Made by a program: the position numbers and the translations under genes. 64,000 nucleotides of DNA from Gaiellales bacterium. Its GTDB lineage: Bacteria; Actinomycetota; Thermoleophilia; RBG-16-64-13. Positions 46,076 through 55,279 of this stretch are shown piece by piece. The notes beneath the pieces are model-generated. The model ran no database searches. It was given only the letters and a program-made list of their open reading frames with translations, and was not told the origin of the DNA. How positions within the stretch are numbered: position 1 is the first letter of the stretch; the number at the start of each line of letters is the position of its first letter. The stretch is taken from assembly GCA_012719395.1 (NCBI GenBank), contig JAAYAL010000016.1:85026-149025 (forward strand). Direction: 5' to 3'.

Positions 46076-47406
46076 GATACCTGCTCCCCCACCGTCTCCA
46101 CCGGCTCGGCGTACTCGGCAATGAGATCGCTCCCCAGCGTGTCCACCACCACCGCTCTTACCAAGGCCCCGAGCGGAACCTGCACCGGCGCCGCCCTGCT
46201 CACGTAGGTCACGCCGTCCACCTCCGGCGCCTGCCGGTACGTCCTCCCCACGGCCACCGCGTCGGGGGGACTGCCCTGGCCGGCCGGGCCGTCAATCAGC
46301 ACCTCCACCTGCCTTCCCACCAGAGTGGCGGCCTTCTCCTCCGCCACGTCCAGCAGGAGACTGCTGAGGCGCGCCAGCCGGCGCCGCACCTCCTTCACCC
46401 CCACACGGGGACGCAACTCGAAGGCCTCGGTGCCCTCTTCCGGACTGAAGCCGAAGCAGCCCGCGTGGTCGAAGCAGGCCTCCCGCACAAAGCACAGCAA
46501 CTCCTCGAAGTCCTCCTCCGTCTCCCCGGGGAAGCCGGCGATGAAAGTGGAGCGCAGCGATACGTCCGGCATCAGCGTTTCGGCCCGGCGGAGGAGAGCC
46601 AGGTGCGTCGCTCCATCCCCCTCGCGGCGCATGCGGCGGAGGACGGCCGCCGCCGCATGCTGAAAGGGCAGATCCAGGTAGTGGCACACTTTTGGATGTT
46701 GTGCAATGAGCTCAAGCAGCTCCCGGCCGACATGCTCCGGCTGCAGATACATGAAGCGCAGCCATGCCACGCGCGGGTCCCGGGCCAGCTCCTCCACCAT
46801 CTCCGCCAGCCCCCTACGGCCGTCCCGCCACAGCGCCGTGTCCTGCCCCACCATCACCAACTCCCGGGCCCCGGCCGCCAGCACCACGTTCGCCTGCTCC
46901 AACACCTGCTCCAGTGGCAGCGCGTGATACGGCCCCTTGATGAGAGGGATGGCACAGAAGCTGCAGAGGTGGTCGCACCCGTCGGAAACCTTCACGTAAC
47001 CCCACGCGCCACCGGAAGGAGGGACAAGGGCCGAGACTGCCACCGCAGGCCCCACCTGCGAACCGGGCATGCCGTCCCCCGGCGGGCAGGCTTCGGCGGC
47101 GATCCAGGCCGCTGTCTCCTCGACCTGCTCCACACCAAACCACGCCGCCACCTCGGGGATGTCGGCCTCCAGGGCGGCCCGGAAGCGTTCCACCAGACAA
47201 CCCACCACCACCAGCTTAGCCTGGGGGTAGGCCGAGGTCGCCTCCATGATAGCGTCCAGTGACTGTGTGGTGGCCTCGCGGATGAAGCCGCAGGTGTTGA
47301 TCACGATGAACTCGGCGTGGTCGGGCTGAGTGGCCAGGGGCACGCCTCGCTGCTGCACGGCACGGGCCAACCCACGGCTGTCCGCATCATTCTTGGGGCA
47401 GCCCAA
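46072..47406 (-). CDS. rimO: ribosomal protein S12 methylthiotransferase
   Basis: The TTG start reads LGCPKND, and the radical-SAM CxxxCxxC (CDHLCSFC) plus a TRAM domain follow. The stop overlaps the pgsA start (ATGA). Confidence 0.85.
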   Translation of the reverse strand: MGCPKNDADSRGLARAVQQRGVPLATQPDHAEFIVINTCGFIREATTQSLDAIMEATSAYPQAKLVVVGCLVERFRAALEADIPEVAAWFGVEQVEETAAWIAAEACPPGDGMPGSQVGPAVAVSALVPPSGGAWGYVKVSDGCDHLCSFCAIPLIKGPYHALPLEQVLEQANVVLAAGARELVMVGQDTALWRDGRRGLAEMVEELARDPRVAWLRFMYLQPEHVGRELLELIAQHPKVCHYLDLPFQHAAAAVLRRMRREGDGATHLALLRRAETLMPDVSLRSTFIAGFPGETEEDFEELLCFVREACFDHAGCFGFSPEEGTEAFELRPRVGVKEVRRRLARLSSLLLDVAEEKAATLVGRQVEVLIDGPAGQGSPPDAVAVGRTYRQAPEVDGVTYVSRAAPVQVPLGALVRAVVVDTLGSDLIAEYAEPVETVGEQVS

Positions 47407-47432
47407 CGTGTGCAGGTAGACCGAAGGACGTC

Positions 47433-48242
47433 TCAGGATCTCAGACGCTCCAGTCCAGATGCAGTGACCTCAAAGTCCCCGTAAGGATCGGGGACGTTGA
47501 ATTCCCTCCCATTGATATTCAGGATCACCGCCGTGGGATTGGCGATGGTCATCCAGAGCACGTTCTCACCTTCGAAGGACACACTCTCTCCCTCTTCAAG
47601 GGTTTGGGAGTATAGGGTCTTGCCGCCGGATGATCCCTCCCGCACGACGAGATAACAGCAATCCCGGACGGCTTCCACCGCGACCGCCAAGCCCTCCCCG
47701 TCCACCGCGGCAACAGCCTCACCCTGCTCGGCGACGGAGGCCGACCCGGTGCCGGAAGGCGAATCCTGGGCGGAGGCCCCGGCCACCCTGTCCGTCCCCG
47801 AGGCACCGGTGGTAGCCGTGATTGTAGTGCGCGAGACGGTGGTGACCGTATCGCCGGTCCGGCGATTCCCCCACCCCACCCAGGCCAAAATGATGATGAC
47901 CACCAGCGCGATGACCGCCACCACCACGTAATTGGAGCGCCGAGGCCCCGTCTGCCGAGGCCGGGAGCGCAAAGGTGCGTTGGGTAGGCGGTGCGCGTCC
48001 AGAACGTGCGGGGCGTAAGCGTTCCGGTATTCCTCCACCACGGCATCGGCGTCCAGGCCCAGGTAGGCTGCGTAGGTGCGCAGGAAACCCATGACAAAGG
48101 TAGGCCCGGGCAGCACCTCGAAGTCATCCTGCTCCATGGCCTGCAGGTATTTGGAGCGGATCTTGGTGGCATCCTCGGCGTCCCGGATGCTCAGGCCTTG
48201 CCGGTTGCGCGCCTCTCGCAGCGAATTGCCGATCTCTATCAT
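47433..48242 (-). CDS. rodZ: cytoskeleton protein RodZ (HTH plus TM plus DUF4115)
   Basis: An N-terminal XRE-type HTH (LREARNRQGLSIRDAEDATKIRSKYLQAME) is followed by a transmembrane segment and a C-terminal DUF4115-like domain. Confidence 0.7.
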   Translation of the reverse strand: MIEIGNSLREARNRQGLSIRDAEDATKIRSKYLQAMEQDDFEVLPGPTFVMGFLRTYAAYLGLDADAVVEEYRNAYAPHVLDAHRLPNAPLRSRPRQTGPRRSNYVVVAVIALVVIIILAWVGWGNRRTGDTVTTVSRTTITATTGASGTDRVAGASAQDSPSGTGSASVAEQGEAVAAVDGEGLAVAVEAVRDCCYLVVREGSSGGKTLYSQTLEEGESVSFEGENVLWMTIANPTAVILNINGREFNVPDPYGDFEVTASGLERLRS

Positions 48243-48428
48243 GCTCCGACGCCTTCCGAGTGGGCGCAGGCCGCCCGTGCCATTGCGATGGCCAGCTGCC
48301 GCGCATCTGAAGCTGGATCCGGCCCTGTAGCCAGCTCCCCTACGAACGGACGGCCTTCCACCGACGACGTGTGGTACAGAGGATCATAGTAGTCCAACAG
48401 CAACCCTCTGACGACTTGATCGAATCTA

Positions 48429-48800
48429 TCATCTTCGAAAGCACTTCTCAACGCGCCCACGCGTCGTGCCCCCCAACCTCTTCCCGATAAGCTCCAGACC
48501 GGCCAAGAAGGCCCGCCAACGCATCACCGCCACCCGCTTTGAGGGAGGGATGGCTTCCAGTAGAGAGCGTGTGTGCGCGGGCAGCAGCGGGCTCGGCAGA
48601 TCCACTGCGGCCGGACGGGCGGCCCTGGCCCCTTCCCCATGGCAGACGACTCCCACCCGAGCCCATGCCGCATCATCGAGCAGCGGCAGGTTGAGCGCCC
48701 CCGGGGCAGAGCCGTCGGCGAACTCGCGTGGCGCCCTGACCACGAAGCGGCCGTTCACGGCCTCCTCGGGTCCTATGGTGCTGAGACGGAAGTCGCTCAT
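48429..48800 (-). CDS. rhodanese-like domain protein (possibly frameshifted with the 48239-48460 ORF)
   Basis: The rhodanese signature VRAPREFADGSAPGALNLPL and a Cys loop VGVVCHGEGARA are present. The C-terminal tail looks unnatural, and an adjacent 73 aa ORF runs in another frame. Confidence 0.35.
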   Translation of the reverse strand: MSDFRLSTIGPEEAVNGRFVVRAPREFADGSAPGALNLPLLDDAAWARVGVVCHGEGARAARPAAVDLPSPLLPAHTRSLLEAIPPSKRVAVMRWRAFLAGLELIGKRLGGTTRGRVEKCFRR

Positions 48801-48830
48801 GACCGCGCCGAACGGGGGGAAGCCCCGACA

Positions 48831-51506
48831 CTACTCCAACTCAGAGCCCGGCGGCTCATCAGCCAAGGAAAGCTGAACCGGGTCGCCCCCCTTCATCTCT
48901 GCCCGCAGCGCTTCCAGAGTCTCCTCCCGTTCCGAGGGGGGGACGAGCATCTGCCGCGGCTTGCTCCCCTCGTACGGTCCCACGATACCGCGCCGTTCCA
49001 GCATGTCGATCAGCCTTCCGGCACGGGTGTAGCCCACGCGCAGGCGTCGCTGCAACATAGAGACCGAGGCGGTGCCGGTGTCCAGGACCAACTCCGCCGC
49101 ATCCGCCAGCATCTCGTCCGAATCCGGGTCGAAGATGGCCTCCTCGGCCATGGCCTCTGCGGGCGACATGAGTAATTCCTCGCGGAAGGCCGGCTCCGCC
49201 TGGCGGCGCCAGTTGGTCACCAACACCTGGATTTCCTCTTCCGTGATGAACGCGCCCTGGATGCGCTGCAGCTTGCTGGACCCCAACGGCCGGAACAGCA
49301 TGTCCCCGCTCCCCAGAAGTGCTTCGGCCCCATTCACATCAAGAATGACGCGGGAGTCGGTCTGGCTGGACACGGCAAACGCGATACGGGAGGGAATATT
49401 GGCCTTGATCATGCCGGTGATGACGTCCGCGGAGGGCCGCTGGGTGGCCACCACCAGGTGGATGCCCACGGCGCGGGCCTTCTGGGCGATGCGGATGACA
49501 TACTCCTCCACCTCAGCGGGCGACACCATCATGAGATCCGCCAGCTCGTCGATCACTATGAGGAGGAAGGGCAGCGGCAGATCCCCCTTGCGCACCCGGA
49601 TGCGGTTCATCTCCTCCAGGCTGCGCGCCTTCACCATCTCCATGAGCGTGTACCGCTCATCCATCTCGCGCACCAGGTTGTTGAGGACGCCGGCCGCGTT
49701 CTTCATGTGCGTGACCACCGGAACCAGCAGGTGGGGGATGCGCTCGTAGTGAGAGAGCTCCACCTTCTTGGGGTCGATGAGCACCATGCGCACCTGGTCC
49801 GGCGTGCTACGCAGCAGAACCGAGGAGATGAGGCAGTTGATGCAGCCGCTCTTGCCGGAACCGGTGGTGCCGGCGATCAGCAGGTGGGGCATCTTGGCAA
49901 GGTCGGTGTAGACGGCCCGGCCGGAGATGTCCTTGCCCAGCCACACCATGAGCGGGCCGGCATGCGGCGGGAAGTCACGGTAGATGTCGCCCAGGGTGAC
50001 GTACTGCGGCCGCTGGTTGGGAACCTCCACCCCCACCGCGCTCTTGCCGGGGATGGGAGCCAGGATGCGGATCTCGGTGGAGGCAAGCGCGTACGCGATA
50101 TCGTCCTTCAGGTTGGTCACCTTGCTGACCTTGGTGCCGGGCGCCAATTGCAGCTCGTAGCGCGTCACTCGCGGGCCCGTCACGGTGCCGCTCACCCGCG
50201 CATCCACACCGAAGTAGGCCAACGTTTCTACCAGGCGCGCCCCGGTGACATCGTCCGCCTTGAGCTCCGCATCCGCGGACACCTTGCTCTTGCGCAGCAG
50301 GTCGGACTCTGGGATCAACCAGGTGGTCGTGGCCGGTTCCTGCTCGCTGCCGGTGGCCATGCCCGCCGGGGTCACACCTGCCACCACCCCGGTACCCACC
50401 CCGGAGGTCACCGTCTCCCGTTTCTCTCCTGCCGCGCCGTCTGCCGGCCCAGCCTCGGGCGGGCGGCCACTCAGAGCCTGGTCCGTTCCTTCCAGCGGCG
50501 GTTCTCGGTGGCCCGAGCCGGCCGCACTGTCGTGCTCGCCGGGTCCCCGCACCAGCGTCGGCACTTCATCGGGCTCCACCGACCCGCCGCCGGCGCCGTT
50601 CTCAACCTCCAACCCCTCCGCGGTATCCTGGTACAGATCAGGGAAGTCGGTGGCGGCGTCCCGCAGCCGCCGCGGCGTCACCGCGGGAGGGCTCACGATT
50701 CGCAGCGGCGGGTTGGCCAGCCCCCCCGGGGGCCCGAAATCCAGTTCAGCGAACAGGTCATCCTCTGCCACCGGTGCTGGGGAGGGCTCGGGACCAAAGC
50801 CCGTGAGATAGGGATCATCCAGCGGACCGGGTGAAGCAACGGCCGCTTTCCGCCCGGCCCGCAACCGTCGGGTTCGCTCGGTGGCGGCAGTTCCCACGGC
50901 TCGAGCCGCCCGGCCCGTCCCCGCCGCCACACGCCGGATGGTCCAGCCGGTGAGAAGACTCACTCCCCCCAACAAGGCCAGCCACCCCAGTATGGCCACC
51001 CCCACCGCTCCAATGAGCCGGCGCCCCAGCACAAACAACACCTCTCCCACCCAGCCCGAGCGGCCACGGTACACACCGGCCACGTACTCCGGCAGGTCGT
51101 GGCCGGAGCCGAAGGGCGGGAACCCGGCCGCAGTGAGCAGGAAGAGGCTGAACAGGAGCAGCGCGCCGCCGGCCACGATCGCCCGGGAGAGTTGGGGACG
51201 CCAACGTACCACCAGCGACACCGCCAGCAGCACCAGGGCCGCCGGGACCAGGAAGGCCAAGCGTCCAAAGGCCACCGCCAGCAGGCCCGCGGCAAATCCC
51301 CCTATGATCCCTCCGGCGGTCTCCCCCGCCAGCATCACGAACACCAGGAAGGCCGCCAACCCCAGGCAGGCCAATCCCCACAACTCCGATGCGTGCCCCT
51401 TCTCCTGCACGGCAACAGGTGGTCCGGTCGGCACCTTGCCTCGCCGCACCTGGGTGCGCGCCGTGGGGGCGGAGTCGCCCCGCCGTCTCTCAGCCTCGCC
51501 CGGCAC
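48831..51506 (-). CDS. ftsK: DNA translocase FtsK/SpoIIIE
   Basis: The 891 aa product has an N-terminal membrane domain, a Pro/Gly-rich linker and the motor domain with Walker A (GTTGSGKS) and the C-terminal gamma wHTH domain. Confidence 0.85.
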   Translation of the reverse strand: MPGEAERRRGDSAPTARTQVRRGKVPTGPPVAVQEKGHASELWGLACLGLAAFLVFVMLAGETAGGIIGGFAAGLLAVAFGRLAFLVPAALVLLAVSLVVRWRPQLSRAIVAGGALLLFSLFLLTAAGFPPFGSGHDLPEYVAGVYRGRSGWVGEVLFVLGRRLIGAVGVAILGWLALLGGVSLLTGWTIRRVAAGTGRAARAVGTAATERTRRLRAGRKAAVASPGPLDDPYLTGFGPEPSPAPVAEDDLFAELDFGPPGGLANPPLRIVSPPAVTPRRLRDAATDFPDLYQDTAEGLEVENGAGGGSVEPDEVPTLVRGPGEHDSAAGSGHREPPLEGTDQALSGRPPEAGPADGAAGEKRETVTSGVGTGVVAGVTPAGMATGSEQEPATTTWLIPESDLLRKSKVSADAELKADDVTGARLVETLAYFGVDARVSGTVTGPRVTRYELQLAPGTKVSKVTNLKDDIAYALASTEIRILAPIPGKSAVGVEVPNQRPQYVTLGDIYRDFPPHAGPLMVWLGKDISGRAVYTDLAKMPHLLIAGTTGSGKSGCINCLISSVLLRSTPDQVRMVLIDPKKVELSHYERIPHLLVPVVTHMKNAAGVLNNLVREMDERYTLMEMVKARSLEEMNRIRVRKGDLPLPFLLIVIDELADLMMVSPAEVEEYVIRIAQKARAVGIHLVVATQRPSADVITGMIKANIPSRIAFAVSSQTDSRVILDVNGAEALLGSGDMLFRPLGSSKLQRIQGAFITEEEIQVLVTNWRRQAEPAFREELLMSPAEAMAEEAIFDPDSDEMLADAAELVLDTGTASVSMLQRRLRVGYTRAGRLIDMLERRGIVGPYEGSKPRQMLVPPSEREETLEALRAEMKGGDPVQLSLADEPPGSELE

Positions 51507-53168
51507 TCACACCTCTACGACCACGGGCAGCACCAACGGGCGGCGCCGCGTCTTGCGATAGAGATAACGCCGCAGGAAATCGTGGATGTGCAGCTTGAGG
51601 ACAGTGGTGTCCGTGTTGTGCTGTAGTTCGTCGCTGTGCAGGGCATCGATCAGTTCGCTCTGGGCTTGGGCGGCCAACTCCTCCTCATCCCCCGAGTGCA
51701 CGAACCCCCGGAACAGAAGATCCGGTACCCCGACCAAGCTCCCATCCTGGGCCCGCACTGTCACCACGGCCATGACCAGCCCATCCTGAGAGAGATGCGT
51801 GCGGTCGCGCAGCACAACGTCGCCGATACCGCGCATGGCCATGCCATCGACGAAGATCATGCCCGCGGGTATCCGGTCCGCCACCCAGGCTTCACCGTCA
51901 GCCAGCCCCAGGACATCGCCGTTCTCCAGGATGAAGATGTCCTCCTCCTTCATACCGCACTCCCGCGCCAACCTGGCGTGGAAATGCTGGTGGCGAATCT
52001 CGCCGTGAACCGGCATGAAGAACCGGGGGTGCACGATGTTCAACATCATCTTGAGCTCTTCGGCGGCGCCGTGACCCGAAACGTGTACCTGAGCCTCAGA
52101 GCCCCAGATTACGGTGGCACCTTCGGCGAAGAGCCGGTTCACCGTGCGATGCACACTGCGTTCGTTGCCCGGCACGGCCCGCGCGGAGATGACCACCGTG
52201 TCGGGAGCCTTGATATGCACCACGTGATGGTCACCGGCCGCCATGCGGGCCAATGCCGACATGGGCTCGCCCTGGCTTCCGGTGGAGATGATGACCACCT
52301 GCTCGTCCGGGAGGTCCGTCACTTGGGCGGGTCGTATCAGCACACCCTCCGGTATCGTCAGATACCCGAGGTTGGCGGCGATGTTCACGTTCTTGGTCAT
52401 GCTGCGCCCCACGACGGCCACTTTGCGTCCGTGGCGGGCGGCCGCATCGAGCACCTGCTGCACCCTGTGGAGGTGACTGGAGAAGCAGGCCACGATGATA
52501 CGGCCCGGCGCCGTGGCGAAAACGGTCTCGAAGGTCTTGCCCACCGAGATCTCCGTGGGCGTCATCCCTGGGACTTCAGCGTTGGTGGAATCGGACATAA
52601 GCAGAAGCACGCCGTCCCGGCCCAGGCCGGCAAAGCGGTTCAGCGCCGTCAACCTGTGGTCCACGGGTGTCTGGTCCAGCTTGAAATCGCCCGTGTGCAC
52701 CACGGTGCCTTCCGGGGTATGGATGGCCAACCCTAGGCCATCGGGGATGCTGTGGCACACCTCCATGAACTCCACCTGGAAGGGCCCAACCTCCACCGTC
52801 TTCTCCGGCCCCACTTCGCGCAGGTCCGCCTTGCCCTGCAGGCCGTGCTCGCCCAGCTTGCCGTTGAGCAGACCCAGGGTCAGGCGCGAGCCGAACACAG
52901 GCATGTCCACCTGCTTCAGCAGATAGGGCAGCGCCCCGATGTGATCCTCATGACCGTGGGTCAAGAAGACACCCAGAGCATGGTCGGCCCGTTCCACCAC
53001 GTAGCTGAAATCGGGCAGGACCAGGTCCACACCCAGCATGTCCTCGTCCGGGAACATCAGCCCGGCATCGACCACCAGGAACTGATCATCGTACTCGATG
53101 ATCGTCATGTTCTTGCCGATGGCCCCCAGGCCACCCAATGGAATTACCTTTAGCATCGCATTCCTCAC
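51507..53168 (-). CDS. rnj: ribonuclease J
   Basis: The 553 aa product has a metallo-beta-lactamase HGHEDH motif plus beta-CASP and C-terminal domains. Confidence 0.9.
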   Translation of the reverse strand: MRNAMLKVIPLGGLGAIGKNMTIIEYDDQFLVVDAGLMFPDEDMLGVDLVLPDFSYVVERADHALGVFLTHGHEDHIGALPYLLKQVDMPVFGSRLTLGLLNGKLGEHGLQGKADLREVGPEKTVEVGPFQVEFMEVCHSIPDGLGLAIHTPEGTVVHTGDFKLDQTPVDHRLTALNRFAGLGRDGVLLLMSDSTNAEVPGMTPTEISVGKTFETVFATAPGRIIVACFSSHLHRVQQVLDAAARHGRKVAVVGRSMTKNVNIAANLGYLTIPEGVLIRPAQVTDLPDEQVVIISTGSQGEPMSALARMAAGDHHVVHIKAPDTVVISARAVPGNERSVHRTVNRLFAEGATVIWGSEAQVHVSGHGAAEELKMMLNIVHPRFFMPVHGEIRHQHFHARLARECGMKEEDIFILENGDVLGLADGEAWVADRIPAGMIFVDGMAMRGIGDVVLRDRTHLSQDGLVMAVVTVRAQDGSLVGVPDLLFRGFVHSGDEEELAAQAQSELIDALHSDELQHNTDTTVLKLHIHDFLRRYLYRKTRRRPLVLPVVVEV

Positions 53169-53930
53169 CTAGAGGATGTTCTCCAATCCCACCACCAGTC
53201 CCTGCAGTGACGCCGACCGCTTGACCGCCAAGACGACTCCGGGCATGAAGCATTCGCGGGACAGGGAGTCATGGCGAATGGTGAGCGTCTCTCCCAGCCC
53301 GCCGAAGATGACCTCTTGGTGGGCCACCAGCCCCGGCAGCCGCACGCTATGAATGGGCACGCCGCCCGCCGCCGGCGCGGAGGAGGCGACCTGTGCCGCC
53401 GCCTCCTCCCGTGCCGCGGCGATCAGCTCCGCCGTGCGCTTCGCCGTCCCCGATGGTGCATCCAGCTTGCGCGGATGATGTAGTTCCACAATCTCACAGG
53501 CAGGCAGCACACGCGCAGCCTCTGCGGCGAATCGCATCATCAGCACTGCCCCCAGGGCGAAATTGGGTACAATGAAGGCCGCCCGGCCCTTCTCTTCCGC
53601 CAGCAGCCCGATTCGCTCCAGGTCCGCGGGCGCCAGCCCGGTTGTACCCACCACCACCGCCACGCCCGCCTCCAAGGCCGCCAGCGTGTTGCCCAGGACC
53701 GCATCGGGACGAGTGAAGTCCACGAGCACGTCCAAGCGGGCCGTGCTCAGCGCGGAATCCAGGCTGACGAAATGGGGTGCTTGAGCCGGGAAGTCCTCGG
53801 AGTGCGGCTCCGCATAGGACGGATCGATGGTGGCGACAAGCGCCAGCTCGGGATCGGCCGCCACGGCCGCACACACCATGCGCCCCATGCTGCCCAGGGC
53901 CCCCGTCACGCCTACCGCTATATCTGCCAC
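53169..53930 (-). CDS. dapB: 4-hydroxy-tetrahydrodipicolinate reductase
   Basis: The true start is a GTG with GGGAGGAG 7 nt upstream (VADIAVGVTGALGSMGR, Rossmann fold). The 387 aa track ORF is an N-extension artefact. Confidence 0.8.
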   Translation of the reverse strand: MADIAVGVTGALGSMGRMVCAAVAADPELALVATIDPSYAEPHSEDFPAQAPHFVSLDSALSTARLDVLVDFTRPDAVLGNTLAALEAGVAVVVGTTGLAPADLERIGLLAEEKGRAAFIVPNFALGAVLMMRFAAEAARVLPACEIVELHHPRKLDAPSGTAKRTAELIAAAREEAAAQVASSAPAAGGVPIHSVRLPGLVAHQEVIFGGLGETLTIRHDSLSRECFMPGVVLAVKRSASLQGLVVGLENIL

Positions 53931-53986
53931 AATGCCACTCCTCCCTCTGCGCCCGGCGGGCAGGGCGGCCCCGGCGCCGTGCTGTG

Positions 53987-55258
53987 TCAACTGGGGAGGG
54001 CGGCGCGGAACACCGATTCGTCTGATCCTATCCCGGCCACACACAGGAGGTCGGGCTGGAACAGCTCGCAGGCCAGCTCCCCGATCTGATCGGCAGTGAC
54101 GGCGTCGATGCGGGCGGCCGTCTCGTCCAGGGACACAATCTCGGTTTCGGTCACGATGCCTTTGCCCAAACGCGTCATCCGGCTGGAGGTACTCTCCAGC
54201 CCCAGAATCACCCGGCCTTTGAGGTGCTCCCGTGCTCTGACCAACTCCTCCTGCCCCACGGGCTCGCTGCGCAGGCGCCCGATCTCCCGATAGACGGTCT
54301 CCATGACCTGCGCAAGACGATCCGGCCGGCACCCGAAGTAAATGCCGCTCAGCCCCGTTTCCCTGTACATGCTGGCAAAAGAGAAGATGCTGTAAACCAG
54401 TCCCCTCTTCTCCCGCACCTCCTGGAACAGCCGCGAGCTCAGCGACCCTCCGAAAAGGCCGTCCAGCACGGACAGCGCGAAGCGCCGCTCATCGCCGCGG
54501 GCGATCCCCCGCCCGCCCACACAGACATGTACCTGCTCTGTCTCCTTGGCCAGAAAGACCTGACGCGGCGACCAGGCAGGATCCTGGCGGTCGCGCAGAG
54601 CACCCTGGGAATCGGTCACAGGCATGTGGGTTTGCAGCAGTTCCCGCAACCGGTCGTGGTCCACGTCACCGGCAGCCGCCACGACCATATCGCCGCACGC
54701 AAAGTGCCGCCGATGATAGTCACGGATGTCCGCCTCCGGCAGAGCCGAGATGGTGTCGATGCTGCCCAGTACCGGCTGACCCAAGGCATGGTCGCCGAAC
54801 ACAGAGTGCGCGAAGACGTCATGAACGAGTTCCTGAGGAGCGTCCTCATACATGGCGATCTCTTCCAGCACCACCTCCCGCTCCTTGTCCAGATCAGTGA
54901 AGGTGGGGGTCAGCAGCATATCGGACAGGACGTCCATGGCCGTGGGCAGGTGCTCATCCAGGCACCGCGCATGCACCACCACATACTCCTTGGTGGTGGC
55001 TGCGTTCAACTCGCCTCCGATGGCATCGAAGGCCTGTGCTATCTCCTCCGCGGTATAGCGCTGCGAGCCCTTGAACAGCAGGTGCTCGATGAAATGCGTG
55101 ACTCCCGCATTGTGATCGCCCTCGTTGCGGGAGCCCGCCGGGATCCAGAAACCCAGGCACACGGAGCGCACGTGGTCCAGCCGCTCGCTGACCAACTGCT
55201 GGCCGTTGGCCAGCGTCTCCAGCCGATACTCCTCTTTGTCTTGCCGGGAACTGGACAT
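53987..55258 (-). CDS. M16 family zinc metallopeptidase (insulinase-like, YmxG/MlpA-type)
   Basis: The inverted zincin motif HFIEHLLFKG is present, and the 423 aa protein sits between pnp and dapB as in Bacillus. Confidence 0.8.
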   Translation of the reverse strand: MSSSRQDKEEYRLETLANGQQLVSERLDHVRSVCLGFWIPAGSRNEGDHNAGVTHFIEHLLFKGSQRYTAEEIAQAFDAIGGELNAATTKEYVVVHARCLDEHLPTAMDVLSDMLLTPTFTDLDKEREVVLEEIAMYEDAPQELVHDVFAHSVFGDHALGQPVLGSIDTISALPEADIRDYHRRHFACGDMVVAAAGDVDHDRLRELLQTHMPVTDSQGALRDRQDPAWSPRQVFLAKETEQVHVCVGGRGIARGDERRFALSVLDGLFGGSLSSRLFQEVREKRGLVYSIFSFASMYRETGLSGIYFGCRPDRLAQVMETVYREIGRLRSEPVGQEELVRAREHLKGRVILGLESTSSRMTRLGKGIVTETEIVSLDETAARIDAVTADQIGELACELFQPDLLCVAGIGSDESVFRAALPS

Positions 55259-55279
55259 GCTCTGCGATGAGGGCCCGGC

